A DNA stretch of 59,010 nucleotides, counting the filler, from Sphacelaria rigidula (lineage: Eukaryota), in NCBI GenBank assembly GCA_964200075.2. It is 7 parts of 7 records of this genome, joined end to end, with 100 filler letters (N's around TTAATTAATTAA, not from the genome) between each part and the next. Parts side by side here need not be neighbours in the genome. Positions count along the whole stretch, not along the records: positions 25,337 to 33,680 come from CAXNAA020011445.1; positions 33,781 to 42,124 come from CAXNAA020011446.1; 5 more parts are not named here. One strand, given 5' to 3'. The position numbers were made by a program, and so were the translations under genes. Of this stretch, positions 25,400 through 36,699 are shown in pieces; the stretch's first letter is position 1; each line of letters begins with the position of its first letter. The notes beneath the pieces were generated by a model. It worked only from the letters and a program-made list of their open reading frames with translations, had not been told where the DNA came from and made no database searches.

Positions 25400-27640
25400 G
25401 TTATAAGCGCCAATATCCAACATCAGTCTTTTCGACAAGCAAGTGTCCTTTACCGCTACTTCGTGCTGGCTCTGTGCATCTCCTTGAAATATGACACCAC
25501 ATCAAGAACTGCCTCGTTCTTTCATGTTTTTTCACTCTGCATGTCAAGAAGGTCTCCACAAGGGTTTGATCTCGCTCAAACACACATCCAAAGTGGCCTG
25601 TGGCAGGCTGTTGTGGTCGGGCGCCATGATGGTCAGGTATGTCAGGATAAAATCAACGATGAATAACACCCCCATGTTCTAATCGGATCATCTGTTATAT
25701 TTACCGCAGCGCACCATCCTTGCTGGCATGTGTGTGACAGAGAACAGTAGTAGCGGTGACGGGAACATTGCCCTGTTTTCCAGCGCACAGAAGCGCGTCC
25801 TGTCCAAAACGAAATGCAGAGAGAAATCGATCTTCGCATTGGTGAGCTCCAGAGACAAGAAGAGACGAAATCTCTCCACAGCTCGATGTTCTTTGGGGAT
25901 ACCTACCGGCACATGAGAAATTCGGTACGTGCTGGTAACATGCATGATGCCAGTCTCTCGAGCGATTAGTAATCGCCCAGCGAGGGCACACAAAGGATAC
26001 GGGCGAGGAGCTTCCTCTCTATCGTTGCTTCTCTCTCTAGTGATATCGTCATCGACACGCGTGTACACCGCAGTCGCTCGGTGCATTTAGCCACAACTGA
26101 TGATTCACTGGTGCAGAGTTTGGGGGGGAAATATGGTTTCGCTCTGTGTTACTGTTTCGCGTCATCCCTGCCAAAAAGATATACCACTTGAACCCCATTT
26201 TTGATATTGATCCCATTTTCCAGGATCCGCTATTAGTCAACGCGCACTGGGGGGGAGAGGTCACATCTTCATTTTCTCGATCGTCATTTACTCTGCCGAG
26301 GCCACCACAACTTTTGCTTGACGCGAGATATGGTTCCACGACGGGCAGGGGCATTCTCGTAACATATGGCGTACTTGCCGTTTCATTTGTGGCCCACGTC
26401 GTCGAGGGCTGACCCAAATATTATTGTCTAAGACAGGTTGGGTTAGGTTTCAAGGAGCGTAGCAGCAGCCCAATGTTGTTGCTCTCCTCTCTAAATCCCA
26501 TACGATTCATTGGGGCTGGCTGTACCCAGCGATCGGCACGTGCCAAAGTGTTTGGGTATGTGAAATGACAATGAATTGTTTCGAAAAATATTCTTCAGAG
26601 CCCCAAATCCGCTGCGAAAAGGTCGTAAAAGGCGCTTTCGTCGGCGTCCCAAGGACGTGAAGGAACACCACACTACAGTTTTTCAAGCCCCTGTTATAGG
26701 TGAAATCGTAAAGCATAGACACTTTTCCATGAATCCCCCCGTTTTTACCTTCATGAAATGTTTCCAACGACGAAATTTCGCTTCAGAGACACGAAATTTG
26801 CGCTTTACCATTCCGCATGTATCATTTCCGGGGATGATTGGAACGATTGCAATCATTTCGGGGAAGGGGTGCCTTGGTGAGCGTCTCGGTAGTCCTGATG
26901 ATTGTTCGACACGCTCATGCCGAGGGGATGAAAAATTTCAGCAGCACGACTGCAGCTACTGTACGTACAAACAGGCAGACTGTCGCAACCTGAATCGGAG
27001 CATAGCGCTTCATCTATCGATCCACGACCGCTGCAACGTAGATATGTTAGGTGCTCGGCCAACGCAGAATGTCCAGATTACGCTCTGCCGGGGTATAGTA
27101 GATAGGGTCCATCGGTTGGCGTATAGATCTCAATGCCTGCTACGTTGAGCGGGTGGATTCAGTTTCAGAATCGAGTAGGGTACGAAGTCCGTCACAAAAT
27201 ACGTGGTTGATCATTTCCGCCGCAAATAGGAGACGACCGACGTACAGGTACGTGTCTAGGAGAAAATAACCATCAAAGACATCCCTTGGTCTGGAATTGT
27301 CGTCACTGCTATCAGGTTTTTTACTGCTTCGTTTCAGCAACCAAATGGTAGCAGCAGTGTATGGAACACACTGAGTGTCCTTCTTGAAACATACCGGGCA
27401 ACACAATTTACTTAGCGTCTGGAAAAGTCGTGATTTCCTGCATGATAATGCGCAAGTATAACTGTTTCTGGAGTCCCACGTACATACATTTTCGACAGGA
27501 GTCACGCTCCTATTGCGTGTCGAGAGACATGGCTCAAGGGACAGACATGATGTCTTCAATTCGACATATATTGGACAGGTCATTCAAGGCACCAAAGTGT
27601 GACATGCTCTCTGGAGACATGTACGTATGCATGTAATAAG
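25400..27640 (-). mobile_element. Decayed intron-containing Helitron RepHel N-terminal region (DUF6570 / Helitron_like_N-like)
   Basis: Ordered motifs CPVC, YTPAERNL...IY (~27040-27097), LPRRSP...IAIV...KFRVSEAKFRRWKHFMK (26750-26892), NETASTPYV..P.P...PY...GGLG...RE..VT...FKWYIFLA (26160-26390), and VSPKNIELW (~25875-25905). The HUH and Pif1 parts would lie beyond the contig end. Confidence 0.55.
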
Positions 27641-29759
27641 TGATTTATAGCGGGACGATTACTTGCCTTTCTCTATTCCTCTGCCGTAGTCGAGCTACTT
27701 TATCCAGTGTACTCCGCTCGAACGTCACACACTCCACGTACCGACTGAAATAATTTAGACAACCTTTTTGCTGGACACCCTAACGACGCCCACCGGCGAG
27801 GGCCTATGCTGGCATCCCTGCCTACCGAACGATGTCTTCACGTGATCTGCTTCGGGTCCTAGCATGTAGGATCCCGACTCGACGCTCATGAGGCGAGCAA
27901 GGTTCTGATACGATTTTTCCCGCTGAGCGAAAAGTGCTCGGACGGCTGCGGCTTTCTGAGCCTGTGCTGTAGCTCTCGTTGACTGCTTGCTCAAGTCTAC
28001 CGAAATGTCCTGTGAAGAAGACGGGGAAATTTTGTTTTTGCTGTTCTTGTTCCCACTGTTTTCCAAATGAGTACCATCACCACAAATATCGTCACGAAAT
28101 TGCGCGGAATTGTTTGCTGTCGGGCAGTCCCCCAAGACGCGCTTGAACAGTGCTATACTCTCACGCCTGTTCTGCGGACCCCTGTTCCCCTCTAGGCGCG
28201 ACATAAACAGCTCCGCTTTGGAGGACTTCCTCCGTTGCCTGCGACCATCACATCCACCGCTTTTGTGTCCTACAGTTCCCCCGGATCCTACGCCTTTCCC
28301 TTCCCTTCGTCCGTCATGTCTTCCTTCTTTTCTCCTCATCGTCCCTTCTGACGCTACCGTTGCTGGGGCGGCCGCAGCCGCGAGCTTCACTGGAGCCTGC
28401 TCTATATAACGAGATAGGGCACATTGCTTTCTAGCAGCAGCGCCGCCAACGTGAGTCGTGCCGTCCGCAGGGGGCTTATTCCCCTTGCTCCTACAACTGC
28501 TGTTGTCGACAGTGCTGTTGGTGTTATTGACGGTGCTTCGGGCGCATGAGGACGCCAACTGACTGGCTTGGATGTCGTTGTTTGGCGGGCTCGTCTGACG
28601 GGATTCCCAATGAAGCCGGTATCAAAGCACGCAAACGACGAAAGGGGGATTTAGCAGGCGATGAAACAGGGTACTATTATACTGCGAACCCTCCCGCCTT
28701 ACTGTGTCGGCACTACTAACACGAAGTCCATCAAGTTGTGCATATGTCGCGATACCCGTTGCCTCCGGGAGGGTCACGACGTCACTACCGGGTTAAAAAC
28801 GACGAATGATAAAAGGTAAGTCTCTGAGCATCATACAGCAGCTGGTCTATAGGGCCCGTCGCTTTCAGCCACGCGCGGAAACCTTGCCACCGCAACTCGT
28901 GCCGGGAAAATTCGCGGCATAGCTCTAACTAAACGTGTCCAGGGTATTCTTGCCCGTCGTTCATGATTTTGAACCAGCGGTGCTTCCATATCTTATGGAC
29001 GACCCAAACTAACGTAAGAAAATCGGCCATCAAAGCTCCACTGTTCTTTCGGTGTCCACTTAAGAGAAGGGAGGATATCATGATCAAACGGAATTCCCGT
29101 GCAAACAACAAATATATCATATGGTACACCTTCCGGTTGAGTGTTGTTTCTTGAACTCCATCCATCCGGAGCTTTATCATGGCCTCGTGGAACTCTCGGG
29201 TGGCGTGTCCCCACTGACCTACCTCGCGATCGGTTTCTCGCCATTGGCCTGTGCAACAACGGATCGGTGCAGTGCCCGAAAGGGATAGATAGTCCATTGT
29301 TCGGAAGAACACACATGATATGACCAATTCTAAACCACCCAGGGTTGACCTGTCAAAAATATGATGGCTCAAGTTTCCTCGGGTCGGCGGTAGATCAACG
29401 TACGAAACGTAGCAGCTATGATTATCGTCTCAAGACATTAGGAAACAAAATGCCCAGCATAGATTGCTGTCCTGTACATTCAGGGGGTAAAGAACTCGTC
29501 TGACTTACCGTCCGGGATGACAGGATCATAATTGTCAGGAAATCTACGCGTATGTTCCATTCGGTTGTACTGGGAATCTGGCTCACCTGGTATGTAATTG
29601 CTCATGTCTATCTTTATCCAGACCCTGGTGTCTATGGCGGACCTAAATATTGTTTTTTTTATTTCAAGAGGCGATGGCGTTCTGTTACCGTCTGGAATTA
29701 TAGAAAGGGGATCACCGGGTACCTTGCTGCACGGGTTCTCTCAGCTGTTTTTCAGATAT

Positions 29760-31500
29760 CCTTGGTTCACAATGTGTGTGGTATCAGGTCACCTGTATCT
29801 TATGTTCTCTGTGTCGTACCATGTGTACATGATACCGCGAACAGGGTGTAGGGGCAACGCGTGACGTCACGACAGCGCTAAAAATGAGGCGGCTTGCAGA
29901 CCAAAAAGTGTATACCTGAGTGAACGTCATTGCAGTAGGGTATAATACACGCGTATTAGATGGGTACAGTATGGCTGTCCACTTAATGAAGCACTCATTA
30001 CGTGAAGGGCAACATCGTCATCGCATACGGAATGGTGCATCGAATAGGACATTTTCGAGACACAACTGCACAGCGCAGTACAGTGGGATAGCGCGGAAAA
30101 GGCAAACGGAGCAAGTGTAAATTGCACTACTGTAACACAACCATATTTTGTGTACATCGCCGAGTTGGCTTCATGAACAAATGTATTCTTTGTGACACTT
30201 TATTCTCTATTACCAATGAAACCATTGATGAAAGGGAGGTCTCGTGCTGGTAAGTGCAGCTCCTAAATACTTATTCGCGGTCACAGAATGAACGTGGACT
30301 ACACCTATCGCGGAAATCGCCGCTCGTCGAACTTGCCTACGATGCTAGCTCCTGGGCTTATGCATCGTCTCATAACGTTCACCCCACAACTACCAAGTGC
30401 TGATGGCCTATTCGGTCTTGCAGGAGTGCACGGTTGGTGGTGCGCGCAGTCAGTGGTTAACATCTTTCTCATGGTGCAGCAGTTACCGGGAGAGGCTTTG
30501 TGTGGGCTCACCTGACAGGAACACAGGATCGACTATCGGTATGACATCTCTGGAGTGCATGTACGTCGCAGGCAGTCGAAATGGTTCATGCCTTGGGGGT
30601 GGGCTGCATACCGCGTCCACGCCAGTGATTGCACTGCTGCGGTTAACCGCTACTCCAGGGATCTACAGCGTATTTTACAGCGATCAGACACAGAATTGAG
30701 CATTAAAGATGAAAATGTGCTGGATCCTGGAAACTATAAAGTAGGTTTGTCTATATTTGGGTATTACTGCCGTAACTCAATACACAGAACTACACAATAC
30801 GGCACAGTACCGTGCTGCTGTTTTGCACTGACGGTGCCGAAGTTGCTTCGTTAGCATATTGTGTATGGAGATTGAAGATATCCTGCTCATATTAGTTCCC
30901 TGCAGACTATCGCTTGGATGCACTTTGTTGAAAGCATACACACTGGTGAGGGCCACACTCTGTGTATGATCACAGATATGCAAAACTCGCAAGCTACCCG
31001 GCAAATTCTGTGTCTGTGGTCTCAGACGGTAGCCGAATGTTTTTTTTCGTGCTTCCCTCTTCGAAAAGTGCATGTTATAGCACAAACCGACAACGGTGCT
31101 GCAGTATACGCAATTGCTCATTGAAAATGACGATGATATCGACAATACGCACGCTTGTCACGTTGTAGAAGCAGCAGAGTTATGTTAGCTCCAGGGACAT
31201 AGACCCTCGATATGTTGGGATTCTGATCCATAAACACAGGCAATTGTTGGCAGCGGCGGGACCACGGTAACTTTTGCATGTTTGCTTGATTTCAATACGG
31301 CGTTGGAATACCCGCCCACTGTGCCGTTTGCATTTCGCGGAGGCATCGAGCACACATACCACTTACACTCCGCCAACTGGTGCTCATGTCTTGGGATGCC
31401 AAGTGGTTATCCTACGGACGCTGCGCAAACGAAGTGAGATACCAAAGAATCGTGGAGGGTCGTTTGCGAAGCGTTTTCGACCCTCGAAACTCCCGTACCT
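29760..31500 (-). pseudogene. USP/UCH (peptidase C19)-like domain remnant across several exons
   Basis: Cys-box-like FRGSKTL...ILWYLTSFAQ (31421-31490; catalytic C would be W), PSAL...VMRR...KFDERRFP (30310-30410), His-box-like YTLFAVSCTHG (29815-29850); correct order and strand. Confidence 0.4.
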
Positions 31501-32828
31501 CCACAGCCGTCAAGAACGACCCTGACTCCCCAAGTCTGGGAGCTTTCTCACACGGAAGTACGTCTCTACGGAGATTGGTCGTTGTAGTTGTGCTTTATAG
31601 CGGATAAATATAAAAATGGAGGAGAAATACATGTCACAAGTGCTTATGCCCACGTGGACTCCGGCGATTGAGGTACGTTCAAACTCGTGCGTGCATGTAG
31701 AGGGCTAGCTGCACAGACAACGTTCCTGGTCGTAGGTATTGTTGTTATATAGGAGAAAATACGCTCTACTGAATCCTACTGCTCAACCCATGGCGCACAC
31801 CTCACTCGGGAAGGACACTGATTGGTTCCTATGCGAAAACTTGAGAGACCGTCTGGAAGCCGACACATTCCGATGACGTATGTGACTAATCATATTGCAC
31901 TTGTTGTAAACACTGTACTTGATCGCGGCTGAATGACGATACCAAAGCACCCGACACCAATATCATATCCGCCAGGTATCAGCTGCACGAATGGAAGAAC
32001 GAACGCACAGTTATGGGCGCGCCTGACCTCCCAAAATGGGCAAAAAAAGCGTTACCGACTAATATCACGAACAGACACGAACAGACCGACTTCTGGGGCT
32101 TATCCAGGCTCGTGGAGTAAAATGCGCCTTACGTCATCGGAAGAGAACGGCATGGATCCAAAATTCATATGAAAAAAAAGTGGACTGCCGTCTAAAACCA
32201 GAACCCTACCGTTATTTCCGTTGTTCCTCCTATATTGCATGCCACTGCGTCACCTTTCGTCCACGCTTGCGATACCCTGGCATGCAAGGAGGCTGATTGG
32301 GTTGAACCAACCCAACGCACACCGAGAACATCCGAGCAAGGGCGGTACATACATTCCCTGAAGAAAGTGAGGCCTTGGTAGACCCCAAATCGGCTTTCTG
32401 TGGCGCAGATTTCAACGAAAACGCGTTGTGCGCACCCGAGGAGTACACCGGACCGTCAGCCCTGCTAAAATTTTGATTCTCGTTGTACGCACTCATATCA
32501 AGTAATATCAACCATGAACATTTGTAGCCCAACGCCGGTAAGTGAAGCCAGGAAGCTGAACCATTTTTGGGCGGATCAAAGTTGGGTCAACATGATGTGC
32601 TCAACATACGACAAAGCCATATGTACAGACGAGTGGAGTGCAAATAGTCACCGGGTGTGTAATGTGGGCTGGGCGGGAGTTGGTCCACCACCTCGTCATG
32701 GTTTGAGGAGCTTGATTTATCGGCCGCCATGATTCCAAAACTTTTATCGGACGAATGACTCGCGTTTCAAAGTGTATTTGTTGTTCCATGGGCATGGCTT
32801 TTCATTTGATGAATATAATATTAATTAG

Positions 32829-32928
32829 CTCTTTGCCTGTGACGGTTTGGTCACATGCTGAATCGGCATCATTTTCCACTTGAAAACATTATGCATCGTC
32901 CAGATGGACTACCCTCACGGTCTAGGGG
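32829..32928 (-). mobile_element. piggyBac-type MITE (diverged)
   Basis: Reverse complement of the ~100-bp unit, flanked by TTCA. Confidence 0.7.
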
Positions 32929-33680
32929 TTCATCGGACTCCAAAGATGTTGTTTTGCAAGAGGGAATGAAAACAAACGGTCGTCCATCACCCACCATTGC
33001 CGATACAACAGATGCGTGCCTTAGGATGGGTGGGTCCACTGAAAGACATGGTTGGGGCTTCGATGCCATGTGGCTTCAGCGAAAGTGGGCCAACGACTTT
33101 GTGTCGTCTTGGCGCAGTATACTTTCCCATTCGGGAGCGTGAGTCGGTCAATCTTGATCTTGGTGTGAAAACTGAAATCCGGATCTTTCATGGGGGCTGT
33201 GCTCCTAGCATTCTACTAGCGTCCCTGAACGCGTTCTTGTCTAAATCGGCGCCCCAGGCGCCGATTCGAGGTCTGGCAACGCACCCTTCGCCTACGAAAT
33301 ACGTTACATCCGCCTTGCCCGATGGTTCTCGTGCCTTCGTTAGGGCCAGTTTTATAATTTGTTCTCTCCGCTGCTGCGAGGTCGCGGAGATAATTCTTGC
33401 TTCTGGGGGCTCGGTCGAAGGTTCAAATTCTGCAACATTCCACATGTCCGATGTATCAACCATCTGCACTATCACGAGTCATTCATGAGTGTCATCTATT
33501 CCGAGGCCGTTACACAGGGGTGAGATTTTCGCGTTTTGTCGAGACCGGCGAGGGTTGGGGGTGCGTGTGTGCGATCACAGCCCAATCTGTTCCAGAGAAT
33601 ACTCATCGCCACGGCCATCGATTGGGATGCGACTTTTTGCATCATCTGCGCCAAGACGACAGCTACAATTATACGGGTTG

Positions 33681-33780
33681 NNNNNNNNNNNNNNNNNNNN
33701 NNNNNNNNNNNNNNNNNNNNNNNNTTAATTAATTAANNNNNNNNNNNNNNNNNNNNNNNNNNNNNNNNNNNNNNNNNNNN
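33681..33780. other. Artificial contig linker
   Basis: 44 N + TTAATTAATTAA + 44 N. Confidence 0.98.
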
Positions 33781-33853
33781 CAAAGTAAATGAAATTTCGA
33801 TAGTCCGTTGAACCTCAGTTAAATGTTGAAGCTCAAAAACGAATCCAGACTGC

Positions 33854-34095
33854 TAAACGGTACATGGTCACTCGTGCACAGTACAGACAGTCTGTACTGT
33901 CTGCACTGCTTACAAACAGTGTCGTGAGTGCGTGCGTGCGTGTTTCGTACAGGAGGTTATTTAGAGAAGCAGGCAACGTGTAGTGCAGACAGCCCAAGAC
34001 TATCAGTGCACTCTGCTGACAATGCGACGTGAAAAGAACTTCAGCAATGTGCAGCTCTGTACTGCCTGCACTGTCTATGAGCGTGCACGCAACTC
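33854..34095 (+). repeat. Dispersed repeat, second copy at ~50257-50510
   Basis: Shared AAACGGTACATGGTCACTCGTG.ACAGTACAGACAGTCTGTACTGTCTGCACTGCTT...ATGAGCGTGCACGCAACT. Confidence 0.9.
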
Positions 34096-34529
34096 GGTTG
34101 CCCACCGTACCACACAGTTCCGTCGCTGAACCCTTCCATGAAGGAAGATGCGTAAGTTTTCGCTAACAAAAAATATAAAGGATACAAAATAATTGCAGTG
34201 TATCTATTTATCTCTGGGCTCAACTTGTGCTGTATGCTGCAGGGTTGCGTTGGTAGTTGAGAATGAGTTGGATGGAGTTCGCATGGTCCTGTGAACAGGT
34301 ATCATCTGGCGTGGTACTTTGTAAGATAGGAGTCAAGTGCCGCTTCGTGCCTTTCGTCCGCATGCTTTCTATCGAACATGATTAATGTTTTTTTTGTCAA
34401 ATAATTTTTCTGTGCGCGCCGCTAATTACAATTTCGAGTTAAAGCCTTCAAGGAACATAAGTGCGGTGAACCTATTAAAGAGGCAAACAAAAAATAACCA
34501 ACGGACGTTTTCGACCGACAAAAAAAACG

Positions 34530-34755
34530 TGCCACGACTCACGCCCTGTGGAAAGCCCCTAGCACGTTATTTTTCGGTCGAAAATATGCGGGTGACAAGG
34601 AAAACTTCGATCTGACAGGTCGTTATTATTAAACTATCGAAAGGACGATAGTTGAAATCACGACCTGTCAGATCGGATTTTCTTTTCGTTTTTCACGGCA
34701 CTTTTCGATCGAAAAATAATGTGCTAAGACACGCCCTCACCGCCGAGGCGTGGCA
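34530..34755. repeat. Imperfect ~110-bp-arm inverted repeat
   Basis: GATCTGACAGGTCGT...AACTATCG, loop AAAGGA, CGATAGTT...ACGACCTGTCAGATC; outer TAGCAC.TTATTTTTCG.TCGAAAA also mirrored. Confidence 0.8.
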
Positions 34756-34866
34756 ATGCTGTTAGATCCCCAGCGCCACATCGTCGAGGGATGAGGGTTA
34801 GTGAGCTTCACAAAAAGTTGCTCATGAAGGGGCATGACATATACTCCAGTTAGCATTGTTACAGGA

Positions 34867-35684
34867 TGTGACGGTTTAAGAGACAACCAACTAGACTACT
34901 AACTAGTCAGCGCTGACTAGTCAGTGCTGGCTGATCAGTAGTCTAGTTGGTTGTCTCTTAAACCGTCACAAAATGTCAACCGTAACAAAAGTTAGTCGTG
35001 GGGGTTCGATCCCCGTCACTTTCACTCCGAGGAGGGCGACTCCCCTTGCCAACGCTCTATCGGCTGTGATCAGGACCTCTAATGTTGTCGCTTTCACGGT
35101 ACCCTTGAGTAACTCGTCTCCCCCACTCATTTCCAGAGTGTGAGCACTGGGGTCCTTAGCAGTATACTCCGAACATAGCCACCAGGCTATACCCCACCCT
35201 TTTTCTTAGGGCCAATTTTTTACTGAGGATTTCTCTCCTGGGTCACTGATTGGCCAGTAGTCTAGTTGGTTGTCTCTTAGACCGTCACAAAAGTTTGTCG
35301 CTGGTTCGATTCCCGTCGATCGCACTTTCTTTGAAGAAAAAAGAGGAGAGAAAATCTCTGTAAAAAATCGGCCCTAAGAAAAAGGGTGGGGTATAGCCTG
35401 GTGGCTATGTTTGGAGTATACTGCTAAGGACTCCAGTGTTTACACTCTAGAAATGAGTGGGGAGACGAGTAACTCAAGGGTACCGTGAAAGCGACAACAT
35501 TTGAGGTCCTGATTGCAGTCGATAGAGCGCTGGCAAGGGGAGTCGCCCTCTTCGGAGTGAAAGTGACGGGGATCGAAACCCCATGACTAATTTTTGTGAC
35601 GGTTCGAGAGACAACCAACTAGACTACTAACCAGTCAGCGCTGACTGGTCAGCAGTCTAGTTGGTTGTCTCTCGAACCGTCACA
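34867..35684. mobile_element. Fold-back element made of two inverted tRNA-headed SINE-like units with terminal hairpins
   Basis: Arms 34867-35239 and 35344-35684 are reverse complements. A box TAGTCTAGTTGG and B box GGTTCGATCCC are present. Termini TGTGACGG...CCGTCACA are flanked by AGGA on both sides. Confidence 0.85.
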
Positions 35685-36315
35685 AGGATCTCACCCGAAC
35701 CAGAAGCGCCACCCACTACTGTAGTGAGTCAGTAGTCGTACCCTGCTGTCTCACGCTGATGTCGATTGACCCGTATAATGTCTCAAGGACCCTCAATGAA
35801 TTGTCGACTCAGGTGGAGGAGACAGCTTCTACGCATAAGCAGGGAGGTGTGAGACCGGTAGGCCGTTCATTGTGCCTCGACATCGCGCACAAGGCGCGTG
35901 CGTCATAATTCTTCGTGCATAAACATGGCTAGCTGTGCACGCACGCTAAACCCTTGGAAATTGTCATGATGATGATCGCGCAACCAGTACGCGCACTATG
36001 GCGTAAACCCGAATATGTGCCGAGTGTGGCTATGCTGTTGGCGCCCCGCCTTCGCTAGGCAGATACAACTTAGACTCACTGAACTCCCACTCGCCCGGTC
36101 AACTATGGTAGGCGTATATCTCTTGTCGGATCCTATATGAGCATCCACGACGAGAATGATCACGTGAAGTGGACCAGACTGATGCCGCGATAGCCCCCCC
36201 CCGCATCACTCATCACTCCAAAAACGCGACCAAAGCACTGGCGATACAAGGCATTGAGCTGGTTTCAGACACCCCGAACCGCCTCATCATGTGGACGGCA
36301 TTGGCGAAAAGAATC

Positions 36316-36560
36316 TGTAACGAAATTACACCGTTACGTTGAGTTGATAGTAATTATCTAAATAATGACCGGGGGGCACGGGGGTTCCGGAGGATTCTGG
36401 GACGATTCTGGATAATGGCCGGGGACACGGGGATGATACCCTGCGGGTCTATAAGGCTGTGCGTGCAAGATCACTCCGGATAATGAAATGTTGTGAAGTC
36501 TGACAACTGAAACTGAGGCCAGTGAGACTGGGAGTCCCTCAACAGCAGTGATCCAACAGT
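36316..36560 (+). mobile_element. Probable 5' LTR of the Gypsy element (3' boundary uncertain)
   Basis: Starts TGTAACG; TATA-like TCTATAAG at ~36448; lies directly upstream of gag. No matching 3' LTR in the contig. Confidence 0.4.
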
Positions 36561-36699
36561 TCTTCTACTGGCTGGCGCCACAGTGTCGATACAAGTGCTA
36601 GAGCTAGTGCCTGGCGAAATCTGCTGGAAGAATTTCGACGGAAGAGCCTGGTAGCTGGGAACAACCTGATTCACCACGGACGCGTGGAGGGTGTTCAAG

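Noticed and set aside
26050-26120. NAPSDCGVHAC as a Ulp1 catalytic Cys motif
   Set aside because: No upstream His motif; flanking peptides fit Helitron_like_N better
32540-32680. Chitin-binding module (YTPGDYL...W)
   Set aside because: Only superficial similarity and an internal stop
34930-35020. Functional tRNA-Asp gene (also tRNA calls at 43860-43928, 49830-49900 and 58848-58910)
   Set aside because: A and B boxes are present but acceptor and anticodon stems do not close, and most heads run into repeated bodies
35222-35240. Hammerhead ribozyme core (CTGAGGA)
   Set aside because: Not conserved in the inverted arm (ACAGAGA) and no properly placed GAAA or stem II
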